This document shows, piece after piece, positions 28,203 through 38,800 of a stretch of DNA of 64,000 nt. The position numbers were made by a program, and so were the translations under genes. How positions within the stretch are numbered: position 1 is the stretch's first letter; the number at the start of each line of letters is the position of its first letter. The notes under the pieces were generated by a model that worked only from the letters and a program-made list of their open reading frames with translations, was not told the DNA's origin and searched no databases. Origin of the DNA: Ignavibacteria bacterium (GTDB lineage: Bacteria > Bacteroidota > Ignavibacteria > Tepidaquicellales > OLB5); the NCBI GenBank assembly GCA_030835025.1, contig JAUQWS010000023.1:150458-214457 (forward strand). The letters run 5' to 3'.

Positions 28203-30752
28203 ATGAAAACACTCAAAAATGCTCTTGTTCTCGTCTTTCTCTTTTTGTACCCCGCGCTTATCTTAGCTCAAAACAATTCATTAGTTCAGGGCACAATTTC
28301 AAAACCGGATGGTATGAAGCTTGAGGGAGCAATAGTTATTCTCACTTCGCTTAACACAAAAAGTATTTTTGATACCGAATCTGATTCAGAAGGAAAGTTC
28401 AGGTTCCTGAATATTCCCTCCGGAAATTATGACCTGAAAGCTGAACTTGTTGGATATAAACCGTCCCAAAAAAAGAACATTTCTCTTGTAGGTAATGATA
28501 CTTTGAATGTTGATCTATTGATTGATGACGAAAGTTACACAACTGAAGAGATCGATGTAGTATCCGACCGTTTCCGCCAGGCGCAGAATGATATGAGAAC
28601 CAGCCTGCTGAATCTATCACCAAAGACCACAAGAGTGATCCCGGGTGTAGGTGAAGATGTACTTCGTTCACTTCAAACTCTGCCCGGAGTGACTGCACCA
28701 AGTGATTTCTCATCTCAGCTTATTGTGAGAGGAAGCGGGCCCGACCAAAACCTTATTGTGATGGATAATATCGAAATTTTCAACCCCTACAGGCTGTATG
28801 GTGTCTTCAGCATGTTCAATCCCGAAACATTGGAAGATATCAGCCTGATAACTGGAGGATTTCCGTCAAAGTACGGCGATAGACTTTCTGCAGTTCTGGA
28901 TGTATCCAACAGCGAAGGAAATAAAAAGAAACATTTTACCGGGCAGACAAATATTAATATTGCAAATGCAAACCTCGTTTTCAGCGGGAAGCTGCCATTT
29001 AATAACATTCCCGGTTCCTGGATCGTATCCAGCCGAAGGAGTTATTATGATCTTATTCTTGGTCCTTTTGCAAAGAATGCAGGATTAATAGATGAAAGCG
29101 CATCATTCCCCTCTTTTGAAGATATCCAGGGAAAGATCACTTTTGGCCCGTTTGACGGGCACAAGATCGTGCTTAACGGAATATATTCAAGGGACGGAGT
29201 GAATATTATCCCCGGGGATTCAAAAGAACTGGAAGACAGTGTATCTCTAAAAGATAAGTCATCGAACGACGTACTGGGACTTTCATGGCATTATGCCCCG
29301 AACTCCAGATTCCTGACCAAGACAACTCTATCGTGGTACAGGAATAAAGGAGATGCGCAATTTGGCGGTGAACTTTTGGACCCAGTGTTGAGCAGAGACA
29401 TTTATTCACCTGAGGTCAGAGACAGCCTTAGGGCACTTGGGTTGTTTCTCGGGATAGGGTTTCAATCACAATATACGTTTCGCAAATACTCACTGCAAAA
29501 CAGCACAATTTTCCTTTCAAAGAATCACAAAACAGAGATCGGCGGAGGTTTTGACGTAATGAAAACAGACCTTGCTTTCTCTCTGCAATTGGATGACAGG
29601 CTGAAAGCAATACTTCAATCCAATCCCAACTTCAGTGCAATTTCCAGCGGTACAATCGACGGCAAAGATTATTACAGGGCTGATATTTATGTTCAGGACA
29701 GGATGAAGCTTAGTGAAAAACTTTTCGTTCAGTTTGGAACAAGGTTAGATTACTTCGCTATCAACAAAAAGGCATACCTTTCGCCGAGGCTGAATTTGTC
29801 ATTTGCAGTTGATAAAGTCACAACAGTGAGGGGCGGGTCAGGTCTGTATTACCAGTCACCCGGTTATGAAAAACTGTTTGATGCTCAGGTCTTTTATGAC
29901 CTGAGCGAAGAAAAAGCAAAGAATCTTGAAGCTGAGCGTTCTGTTCATTACATACTTGGTGTTGAGAGATGGTTCACAAACGAAATATTCGGGAAGTTTG
30001 AGACGTACTACAAAAATTTCAGCAACCTGTTGGTCCAGGAAAGACTTACAGGGTACAGGTACGAATTTTTCCTGAATGATCCCGGTAATACGGACCCTGA
30101 ATACCTCAGGGATCCGGATAACTGGACCAGAAGCACCGGGAAAGTTGCATATGATTCTCTCACAAGTGTTCCTGTAAACGGCGCCAAAGGATACGCGTAC
30201 GGGTTTGAAGTATATCTTGAAAAAAAGGCAATGAATCCGAACTCTCGCTTTACGGGCTGGGCAAGTTACTCCCTTTCATTTGCCAAAAGAGACAGGAACG
30301 GTTATATAACACCATTCAGATATGACCAGCGGCACACGATAAACCTTGTTGCTAATTACAGGCTGCTTAGCTGGCTTGAGCTTGGTGCAAGATTTAATTA
30401 CTCATCAAACTTCCCTTTCACGCGGCCGCTTGGCATAAAACCTAGAGTAATTGGTGACTCTCTTGCTGTGCTGCCGGTTTTAAATATTGTGCAATTCGAT
30501 TTCGATTTTGGGGGAGAATCCAACCGTCTTTCCTCTTACAAACCGGCATATCACAGACTTGATCTGAGAGCAACTGCATATACCAGATTCTGGAATATCG
30601 ACTGGAGTTTTTATCTTGACGTAATAAATGTTTATAACAGGCAAAACGTAATTGGCTATGATTACTACATTGATGAGAATTTACAGGTGCGTCAGAATGC
30701 TATCGGTCAGTTTCCAATTCTGCCTACTATCGGATTGAATGCAAGATTCTAG
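28203..30752 (+). CDS. TonB-dependent receptor with an N-terminal carboxypeptidase-regulatory-like domain
   Basis: 849 aa with a signal peptide and a CarbopepD_reg-like N-domain (GTISKPDG..LEGAIVIL). Plug motifs are DVLRSLQTLPGV and IVRGSGPDQNLIVMDNIEIFNPY. The barrel ends in ...GLNARF. Confidence 0.85.
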   Translation: MKTLKNALVLVFLFLYPALILAQNNSLVQGTISKPDGMKLEGAIVILTSLNTKSIFDTESDSEGKFRFLNIPSGNYDLKAELVGYKPSQKKNISLVGNDTLNVDLLIDDESYTTEEIDVVSDRFRQAQNDMRTSLLNLSPKTTRVIPGVGEDVLRSLQTLPGVTAPSDFSSQLIVRGSGPDQNLIVMDNIEIFNPYRLYGVFSMFNPETLEDISLITGGFPSKYGDRLSAVLDVSNSEGNKKKHFTGQTNINIANANLVFSGKLPFNNIPGSWIVSSRRSYYDLILGPFAKNAGLIDESASFPSFEDIQGKITFGPFDGHKIVLNGIYSRDGVNIIPGDSKELEDSVSLKDKSSNDVLGLSWHYAPNSRFLTKTTLSWYRNKGDAQFGGELLDPVLSRDIYSPEVRDSLRALGLFLGIGFQSQYTFRKYSLQNSTIFLSKNHKTEIGGGFDVMKTDLAFSLQLDDRLKAILQSNPNFSAISSGTIDGKDYYRADIYVQDRMKLSEKLFVQFGTRLDYFAINKKAYLSPRLNLSFAVDKVTTVRGGSGLYYQSPGYEKLFDAQVFYDLSEEKAKNLEAERSVHYILGVERWFTNEIFGKFETYYKNFSNLLVQERLTGYRYEFFLNDPGNTDPEYLRDPDNWTRSTGKVAYDSLTSVPVNGAKGYAYGFEVYLEKKAMNPNSRFTGWASYSLSFAKRDRNGYITPFRYDQRHTINLVANYRLLSWLELGARFNYSSNFPFTRPLGIKPRVIGDSLAVLPVLNIVQFDFDFGGESNRLSSYKPAYHRLDLRATAYTRFWNIDWSFYLDVINVYNRQNVIGYDYYIDENLQVRQNAIGQFPILPTIGLNARF

Positions 30753-30843
30753 ATTAACGCAATCGTGGCACTTGTATACCTAAAATATGTTATATAAATT
30801 AAGGTAAATATTTGATAATATTAGTCAACAAAATACTGATCTT

Positions 30844-33800
30844 TTGATGGTAAAAAAGCATCTAACAAGCCCTGGTTCATTAGCATTGAAATTAATAGTA
30901 CTGGTTCTGGTATTTTCTGCCAGCGGAATTTTTGCTCAATTCGGGCAGAATAAGGTTCAGTACAAGGAGTTTGACTGGAAATACATCCAGTCTAAACACT
31001 TTGATATCTACTTTAGCCAGGGCGGTGAATATATTGCGAATTTTACGGCAGTTGCAGCAGAAAGTTCGCTTGTGAGCCTCGAAAATAATATCGGATACGG
31101 AATCAAGAACAGAATTCCGATACTTGTATTCAATTCACACAACGATTTTCAGCAGAACAATGCAGTTGATGAATATCTTTCGGAAGGTATAGGGGGTGTT
31201 ACAGAGCTATTTAAGAACAGGGTGATAGTTCCGTTCGAAGGCGATTATGAAAAGTTCAGGCATGTGATCCATCACGAGCTGCTTCATGCATATATGAACG
31301 ATATGTATTATGGCGGCTCGATCCAAAATATTATTTCTTCCAATATCCGCCTGCAATTCCCATTGTGGTTCACTGAAGGTATGGCAGAATACCAATCGCT
31401 GAACGGAATGGATAAAGCCAACGATATGTTCATAAGAGACGCGGTAATTTACGACTATATGCCGCCGCTTGATTACATTGGCGGATATCTTTCATACCGC
31501 GGGGGACAGAGTTTTTTTTCGTGGCTCGCAGATGAATATGGTAAAGAGAAGATCGGCGACCTTATGATCCAGATCAAAGCGCTTGGAGACGTTGATGAAG
31601 GTTTTTTGGATGTATATAATCTGAATACCGAAAAGCTGTCTGAAAAATGGCACAAATACCTGAAACAGACATATTGGCCCGATATAAATACCAGGCAGGA
31701 ATTGAATGACTTTGCTTTGAGATTGACAGATGCCCGTGAAGGTGACGGATTTTATAATACCGCTCCTGCTATCTCTCCCAAAGGTGACAAAGTAGTTTTC
31801 ATTTCCAACAGGAATGATTATTTCGACGTATTTATAGCAGATGTGAGAACAGGGAAAATATTAACTAAGTTAATAGACGGCAACCAGACCGCTGATTTTG
31901 AAGAGCTGCATTTGCTTACACCCGGATTGTGCTGGTCTCCAAACGGAAGAAAGATAGCGATATCCGTCAAGAGCGGCAATAAGGATGCAATATATATTTT
32001 CGATGTAAACTCGGGAGACGAAACTCAGCTTCCGGTAAAGTTTGACGGTATTTTTTCTATTGACTGGAATCCGGATAATTCATCTCTTGTCATGAGAGGT
32101 GATAACAACAAACAGTCTGATATTTTTGTTTTTGATCTCAAAACCAGGGAACTTACGCAAATAACAAACGACCTTTTTACAGATCTTGAACCGCGCTGGT
32201 CAAATGACGGAAAAAAGATCTATTTTTCATCGGATAGAGGTGACTATACTGATCTGAATTCAATCCCCGTAGATCTGGATATTATGGAACATGATTATAA
32301 TGATAAGGACTTGTACGTTTATGAAATGAATTCCGGCAGCCTGAAGAGGTTCACCAGTGATAAGCATTCAAATGAAGCGAGTGTTGTCAGCTCACCCGAT
32401 GGGAAGAAAGTGCTGTTCATTTCGAACAGGAACGGAATAGATAATATCTGGCTTCGAAATCTTGAAACCGGCGAAGAAAAGCCTATCACTAATTCTATTG
32501 ACCCCATCGGCCAGCTATCGCTTTCGGCAGATGGAAGAAGACTTGCTTTCACTTCACTGAACCGGGGCGGTTATGATATTTTTTATCTGGATAACCCGTT
32601 TGATATTGATATCAGTATGAAAGAGCTTCCGAACACAGTGTTTGTACAGAAGAGGATAGATGAAGAGCAAAGACTGGCAAATGAAAAGCTGAAGATGGAT
32701 TCACTGCTTGCAGCAGCTGATTCTCTTCTGGAAAATGATTCATTAGCAAATGTACTCTCATCAAAGTTTAAAGATTCTACCGGAGTCTACACTTCGGGCT
32801 CAGATTCACTCAGGGACAGTTCAATTTACGGTAATAATGTTTCGCTTGACCTGGATCCTGATAAGAAAGATACGGTTTCCCGTAAAGGCCCGAGGTTAAA
32901 ACTGAAAGAAAAGGAAAGAAGCAAGTTCCTTATTACCGATAATACCAATCCCGACGGCAGCTTTAAGGTTAACAAGTATAAGATCAAGTTTTCGCCGGAT
33001 CTCATCTATAGCAATGCAAATTACAGCAGTTTCTATGGAGTTCAGGGTATCATACAGATGGCATTCAGTGATGTAATGGGTAATCACAGGATATATGCCG
33101 CATTAAGCGCCGTGCTTGACCTGAAAAACAGTGATTACGCATTTGCATATTATTATTTGCCAAAGCGGGTTGATTTCGGAATATCAGGATACCATTCTGC
33201 GCGCTTTTTGCTTATTGGCGAAAATTATTCCACTTCACAATTATTCAGATACAGAACATACGGAGCTGATCTTTCTGTCTCGTACCCGATAAGCAAATTC
33301 AAAAGGCTGGATGGTGCAGTATCCTACAACAGACTTTCAAAAGAGAATCTGGATAACCCTGCCGAACCGACTGAATATCTCAACTTCGTGATGCCGATCG
33401 TTAGTTACGTGCATGATAATACCCTTTTTGGATATACTGCACCGATACAGGGCACGAGATATAACCTTACTCTTTTGGGAACACCCAAGATCGGAAATAA
33501 TGGTGTGAGTTTCTTCAGTGCAATCGCAGATTACAGAACTTACTTCAAGCTTGCAGAAGACTATAACTTTGTTTTGAGGCTCAATGGAGGCGCAAGTTTC
33601 GGTAAGAATCCGCAGCGCTTCTATCTTGGCGGAACAGAAAGCTGGATAAACTATGATATTCATAATGAATCCTTACCTATTGAAGAAATTCAGGATTTTG
33701 CTTTTTCAACCCCGATAATGCCGCTTAGAGGATATGACATCAATTACCGGTCAGGATCAAAATTCGCATTGATGAATGCAGAATTCCGCTTTCCCCTGTT

Positions 33801-34077
33801 AAGATATCTGGTCTTTGGCCTGCTTCCTTTCGGATTTCAGAATGTACAGGGTATTCTTTTTACAGATGTTGGCACTGTATGGAGTGATAACAAAAAACTA
33901 CAGTTATTCCATAATGTGAACGGAGGCGTTGCAACAAAGGACCTTCTGGTCAGTATGGGAATTGGAACCAGAATATTCTTCCTGTATTTCCCTCTGAAGT
34001 TTGATGTTGCATGGACTTACGATCTGCAAAATTTCTCCAAGCCTAAATATTTAATTTCCATCGGAGCAGATTTCTAA
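30844..34077 (+). CDS. large outer-membrane fusion protein: HExxH metallopeptidase-like domain, PD40/TolB-type beta-propeller repeats and an Omp85-like C-terminal barrel
   Basis: 1077 aa with a signal peptide ending SGIFAQFGQNKVQYKEFDW. It has the HExxH motif HHELLHAYM and repeated SPKGDKVVFISNRNDYFDVFI-type PD40 units. The C-terminal beta-rich region ends in ...ISIGADF. The ATG at 30847 is the probable start. Confidence 0.7.
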   Translation: MMVKKHLTSPGSLALKLIVLVLVFSASGIFAQFGQNKVQYKEFDWKYIQSKHFDIYFSQGGEYIANFTAVAAESSLVSLENNIGYGIKNRIPILVFNSHNDFQQNNAVDEYLSEGIGGVTELFKNRVIVPFEGDYEKFRHVIHHELLHAYMNDMYYGGSIQNIISSNIRLQFPLWFTEGMAEYQSLNGMDKANDMFIRDAVIYDYMPPLDYIGGYLSYRGGQSFFSWLADEYGKEKIGDLMIQIKALGDVDEGFLDVYNLNTEKLSEKWHKYLKQTYWPDINTRQELNDFALRLTDAREGDGFYNTAPAISPKGDKVVFISNRNDYFDVFIADVRTGKILTKLIDGNQTADFEELHLLTPGLCWSPNGRKIAISVKSGNKDAIYIFDVNSGDETQLPVKFDGIFSIDWNPDNSSLVMRGDNNKQSDIFVFDLKTRELTQITNDLFTDLEPRWSNDGKKIYFSSDRGDYTDLNSIPVDLDIMEHDYNDKDLYVYEMNSGSLKRFTSDKHSNEASVVSSPDGKKVLFISNRNGIDNIWLRNLETGEEKPITNSIDPIGQLSLSADGRRLAFTSLNRGGYDIFYLDNPFDIDISMKELPNTVFVQKRIDEEQRLANEKLKMDSLLAAADSLLENDSLANVLSSKFKDSTGVYTSGSDSLRDSSIYGNNVSLDLDPDKKDTVSRKGPRLKLKEKERSKFLITDNTNPDGSFKVNKYKIKFSPDLIYSNANYSSFYGVQGIIQMAFSDVMGNHRIYAALSAVLDLKNSDYAFAYYYLPKRVDFGISGYHSARFLLIGENYSTSQLFRYRTYGADLSVSYPISKFKRLDGAVSYNRLSKENLDNPAEPTEYLNFVMPIVSYVHDNTLFGYTAPIQGTRYNLTLLGTPKIGNNGVSFFSAIADYRTYFKLAEDYNFVLRLNGGASFGKNPQRFYLGGTESWINYDIHNESLPIEEIQDFAFSTPIMPLRGYDINYRSGSKFALMNAEFRFPLLRYLVFGLLPFGFQNVQGILFTDVGTVWSDNKKLQLFHNVNGGVATKDLLVSMGIGTRIFFLYFPLKFDVAWTYDLQNFSKPKYLISIGADF

Positions 34078-34108
34078 TTTAAGTCGTTTCAATCTAGTTT
34101 ATAAAAGA

Positions 34109-34132
34109 GGAGCAGATAAACTGCTCCTTTTT
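34109..34132 (+). terminator. rho-independent terminator
   Basis: GGAGCAG-ATAAA-CTGCTCC followed by TTTTT. Confidence 0.8.
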
Positions 34133-34162
34133 GTTTATGGAATACATCTAAATCCTAGATTT

Positions 34163-34179
34163 TGTGACAATTTTGACAG
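34163..34179 (+). promoter_or_regulatory. candidate enhancer (UAS) for a sigma-54 activator, site 1
   Basis: TGTGACAATTTTGACAG is centred about 69 nt upstream of the GG of the sigma-54-like promoter. It matches the site at 40849-40865 at 15 of 17 positions. Confidence 0.5.
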
Positions 34180-34238
34180 GAAAATCTAAATCAAGTTGAA
34201 GAATTCTCAATTTTCAGCTTGCTTCAAAGGCATCTATT

Positions 34239-34253
34239 TGGCACAGAAATTGT
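34239..34253 (+). promoter_or_regulatory. sigma-54-type (-24/-12) promoter upstream of the lmo0937-family gene
   Basis: TGGCACagaaaTTGT has correct GG-to-TG spacing (consensus TGGCACG-N4-TTGC). The -12 element reads GT rather than GC. It lies 48 nt upstream of the ATG at 34301. Confidence 0.55.
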
Positions 34254-34300
34254 AATTGAACTATACAAAACGTTTTGTAATTACATCAAAGGAGAGAATT

Positions 34301-34453
34301 ATGCTTTGGACAATAGCGATTATCTTAATAGTCCTATGGCTGCTTGGACTGGTGAGTTCATATACAATGGGAGGATTCATACATATACTTCTGATACTAG
34401 CAGTTATTGCAGTCCTCGTGAGACTGATACAGGGCAGAAATCCGGTTAGCTAA
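34301..34453 (+). CDS. lmo0937-family small membrane protein (50 aa)
   Basis: MLWTIAIILIVLWLLGLVSSYTMGGFIHILLILAVIAVLVRLIQGRNPVS. The ATG is preceded by AAGGAGAG. The ORF-track version (34256) carries a spurious 15-aa extension. Confidence 0.8.
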   Translation: MLWTIAIILIVLWLLGLVSSYTMGGFIHILLILAVIAVLVRLIQGRNPVS

Positions 34454-34522
34454 ACCGGGTTTCGCTTTTGCAAATAGGAGAAAGAGTTGTCTGTTTCCGG
34501 AAATCTATGCTTTTATGTTTTT

Positions 34523-35881
34523 CTAATTTATTCCGAGGCTCTTCAGTTTTCTGTAAAATGTTCTCTCATTCATATTCAGCAATTTGGCAGCTTTGGATTT
34601 ATTACCGTTAGAGTCTTCAATTGCCTTAAGTAAAACTTCTTTTTCCGCCTTCTTAGTTGCATTTTCAAAACTCATTTCCCGGGTACCGTCTTCAGTTTCA
34701 GAGGGAATTTTGTTTCTCCCAACTTCATCTGAAATGCTTATACTATCCATAATGCTTCCCCGTGTCAGCAAGACTGCTCTCCTGATCGCGTTTCTGAGTT
34801 CCCTTACGTTTCCGGGCCATTCATGGGAAACTATCTTTTTCATAACATCCTCAGAAATGCTCTCAACTGATTTGTTGAGCTCTTTATTGGCATCTTTGAG
34901 GAAATGTTCAACCAGTGCAGGGATATCGTCGCATCTGTCTCTTAGAGGCGGAAGGTCAAGGTGAAATTCATTAAGCCTGTAGTAAAGATCCGCTCTGAAC
35001 TTTCCGCTGTTAACTGCATCCGAGAGCTTTATGTTTGTCGCCGTCAGTATCCGCACATCAAGCGAAAGTGGTTTCTTGCCTCCGATTCGGGTTATTTTCC
35101 GGTCCTGAATTGCTCTTAAGAGCTTTATCTGATTTGCGTCCGAGAGGTTTGTTATTTCATCTAAGAAAATTGTTCCTCCGTTTGCCTGTTCAAACTTACC
35201 TTCTCTTTGAATTTTTGCATCAGTAAATGCACCTTTCTCGTGGCCAAAGAGTTCACTTTCAATAAGAGATTCAGGAATTGCGCCGCAATCAACAGCTATA
35301 AAAGGCTTAGCAGCTCTTTCACTGGAGCGGTGTATCATATTTGCAATTACCTCTTTTCCCGTTCCGCTTTCACCCTGTATCAATACAGTAAGGTTTGTTG
35401 GCGCAACAATTGCAACCTGTTCAAAAACTTCCTTCATTTGAGGACTTGAACCGATTATGCCAGTACCTCTATATGAATCGTCTGATCGCTTTCTGAGAAT
35501 TTCAAGCTCTTTGTTTAGATACTTTAATTCCAGCGCCTTTCGAATAGTCAGTATCATACCGTCGTTATCAAAGGGCTTGGTCAAATAATCGGTAGCACCG
35601 CTTTTCATTGCTTCTACTGCATTCTTAATATCACCAAAGGCTGTCAGGAAAATAAAAGGGATCTGGGGATCTATTCTCTTAACCTCATTCATTATCTGCA
35701 TGCCGTCCATCTTCGGAAGCTTCATATCGCAAATGACAAGATCATAAGATTTGGATCTCATTTCCTCAATTGCCTTCACTCCTTCTGCAACCGAAAAAGT
35801 TTTGTAACCTGCTTCATCAAGCACATTCTCAAGGGTGTACCTTAAGGATTCATTATCGTCTATTATTAGAATTTTTTCCAT
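34523..35881 (-). CDS. sigma-54-dependent response regulator (NtrC family: REC, AAA+ and Fis-type HTH domains)
   Basis: REC domain (ILIIDDN...VICDMKLPKMDG), Walker A GESGTGKE, sigma-54 contact motif GHEKGAFTDA, and a C-terminal HTH (KSKAAKLLNMNERTFYRKLK). I prefer the ATG at 35881 (MEKILIIDD) over 35920. Confidence 0.9.
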   Translation of the reverse strand: MEKILIIDDNESLRYTLENVLDEAGYKTFSVAEGVKAIEEMRSKSYDLVICDMKLPKMDGMQIMNEVKRIDPQIPFIFLTAFGDIKNAVEAMKSGATDYLTKPFDNDGMILTIRKALELKYLNKELEILRKRSDDSYRGTGIIGSSPQMKEVFEQVAIVAPTNLTVLIQGESGTGKEVIANMIHRSSERAAKPFIAVDCGAIPESLIESELFGHEKGAFTDAKIQREGKFEQANGGTIFLDEITNLSDANQIKLLRAIQDRKITRIGGKKPLSLDVRILTATNIKLSDAVNSGKFRADLYYRLNEFHLDLPPLRDRCDDIPALVEHFLKDANKELNKSVESISEDVMKKIVSHEWPGNVRELRNAIRRAVLLTRGSIMDSISISDEVGRNKIPSETEDGTREMSFENATKKAEKEVLLKAIEDSNGNKSKAAKLLNMNERTFYRKLKSLGIN

Positions 35882-38800
35882 TTTCGCTAATATTTCTAAC
35901 AGGCAGCTTAATTTCAACACGGGTGCCTTTTCCCGGTTCTGAATAAATATTCAGTATTCCATGATGTGACCTTATGGTCTGGTAAGCAAGCCCAAGTCCG
36001 AGACCCGTACCGGTCTCTTTAGTGGTAAAGAACGGTTCAAAGATCTTATCAAGGTTCTCTGGCGGGATACCCTGTCCGTTATCGATCACATCAATTATAA
36101 TTTCCTGGTGGACTTTGTCAAAGAATGATCTGATGCTGAGGTTTCCTCCTCCAGGCATTGCATCTATTGCATTGGATATGAAGTTCAGGAGCGCATTTTC
36201 CAGCTTTACTTTGTCTGCTCTGATCTCAGGGAGGTCCTTATTTATGTTTTTCGAAACAGCTATTTTACTCTCAACACACCTCGCCTCAACACTGTTTATC
36301 AGGCTCTCGATCATTCCCTTAATAGAAATATGGTCGTATACCATCTCTTCAGGAGAGGCAAAATTCAAAAGGTCCTTGATTATCTTGTTGGCAATATCAG
36401 TATTCACAAGGATATATTTAAGATGTTTTTTCATTTTCTCATCTTCGATCTTTGCTTTGGAAACCAGTTGCGCAAGTGCACTGATGTTGGCAAGCGGATT
36501 CCTGATCTCATGTGCAATACCTGAAGAAAACCTGCCAAGGGCAGCAAGTTTTTCATTGTGTATGAGTTCCTTTTGAGTTTCTATAAGTTTTGCATTCGTC
36601 TTGCGGAGTTCTTCTTCTACGAGTTTTATTTCCGTAATATCCTGTACGCTTCCGTACAATCTTACAGGTTTGCCATCAGAGTCGTTTTCGACCCTGATAT
36701 CAAGACTCAAGTACTTTAGCCTGCCTTTGTGTGTAATTATCCTGTAATCAAGATCTGCATTAGAGGGCATTTCCTGCATACGCTTTGTGAGCTCATCCAT
36801 GACGACCCTGTCATCCTGATGGATGAATTTCCTCATATTATCATAATCAAGTGATTCAACACCAGGTTCGATCTCATATATTCTGAAAAGCTCGTCTGAC
36901 CATGAAATAGTGCCCTGCTTAAGATCGATCTCCCAACTTCCGAGTTTTGCTATGCTTTGTGCTTCCTTAAGCTGCTTTTCGCTCTCACGTATTCTTTCTT
37001 CTGCTTCCTTAATACTTGTTACATCCATTACCGTTCCAACCATCCGCAGAATTCTTCCGCTGCCGTCTTTCTCTATCTCACCCTGTGAACTAAGTAATTT
37101 ATGCTTACCTGATGGAGTAATGAACTTTAGATAATAATTAAACGGTTTGCTATTTTTCAATGCTTCGTCAATTGCACGAGCTCTTTGTTTCTTTCCATCT
37201 TCGTCAAGAAGTGCCAGGTAGGAATCGTTTGAAATTATCGTTCCCTGCTCAACTTCAAAAATGTTATACATTTCTTCGGACCATATTACTATGTCATTAA
37301 CTGCATCCCATTCCCAGCTTCCAAGCTTTGCCATTCGCTGTGCTTCTTTAAGCTTCTTTTCGCTTTCTATGATCTTCTCTTCTGCCTGTCTCACCTGTGT
37401 CACATCAAGTCCGGTCCCCACAACTTTGAGAGTTTTTCCTTTTTCGTCTGTGATGACTTCACCCTGAGCTTTTAGAATTTTGATCTCTCCTTCCGGAAGA
37501 ATGATCCTGTGATAAAAATCAAAGTTTTCTTTTGATATGACAGCTTGACTTAATATATGCTTTACCTTTTGTGCATCCTCCGGGTGTACACAATCCATAA
37601 AACCTCTGAATGTTGGTGTAAAATCGCCTGCCTTTAGTCCATAGATGGTAAACATTTCATCTGACCAGATAACACTATCAGTAGATGGATCCCATTCCCA
37701 GCTTCCCAATTTAGCGATTTTTTGGGAATCCTCCAGCATTTTTTGTTTATCTATGAGCTCAGATTCAATTTGCTTTCTCAATGAAATATCTCTTATCATC
37801 CCTGTGAAATAGAACCTGTCGTCCATTTCCCATTTGGCAAGCGATAGTTCAAGCGGAAACTCACTTCCGTCTGATCTCCTGCCTGAAAGCTCAATTGTTC
37901 TGCCTATGATTTTTGATTCACCCGTACGAAGATTATTCCCGAATGATTCTTTATGCTTCTTCCGGTATTTTTCCGGCATTATGAATGTAAGATCCTTGCC
38001 GATAAGATCATCAGTCTTATAACCAAATATGTCTGTCACGCTGCTATTAACATAAATAATTTTCCCGTCGCTATCAGCTGTTACAATTGCATCATGAGCC
38101 GTATCGGCAATTGCCTTAAAATGTTTCTCTCTTTCAAGAATGAGCTCAAGGTAGTCATTCCGCTCGGCATAACTGCCAAGCTCAATTGAAATATTCCGAA
38201 GGCAGTCTATTATCTCCTTGTCAGGTTCTGTTTCTTTTTTGATAAAAAATTCAAGTATGCCGATAACATTGTTCATACTTATTACAGGGATCCATATACA
38301 TGCTTTCAGGGCAATTTTGTTCATAAGATCAGCCCTGTTATATGACTTCGGATCCATTTCAGAAACCTTCATCCAGCCGGGTTTACGTTCTTTCAGAGAC
38401 TCTTCGAAAATACTGTTTTTGGAATCCATTGCCAGTTCTTCAGAATACGCTTTAAAAACGTCAAATTCCGGAGCCATTTTGTCAAGCCAGATACCTGAGC
38501 TGCTTAACACGCCATCTTTATGAAAAAGGAAATGCCCGATATCCCAATGCGTATATTCGCAAATCTTGTTAATTGTTAAATGAAGGTAGTCTTTAACGCT
38601 TTCAGCCTTGTTTGAACCCATTGACACATCATTCAGCAGATTCAATAAGCTGTTCCTTTTTTCAAGCAGCGCCCTTGTATTCTTTTCCTCAGTTATATCC
38701 TGCACTATGCCTACAATTGAATCAACCCTGCCTTCTTCATCACGAATTACTGATGCAGAGAGATTTATATAGAACAAAGAGCCGTCGCTTCTGGAGTTAA

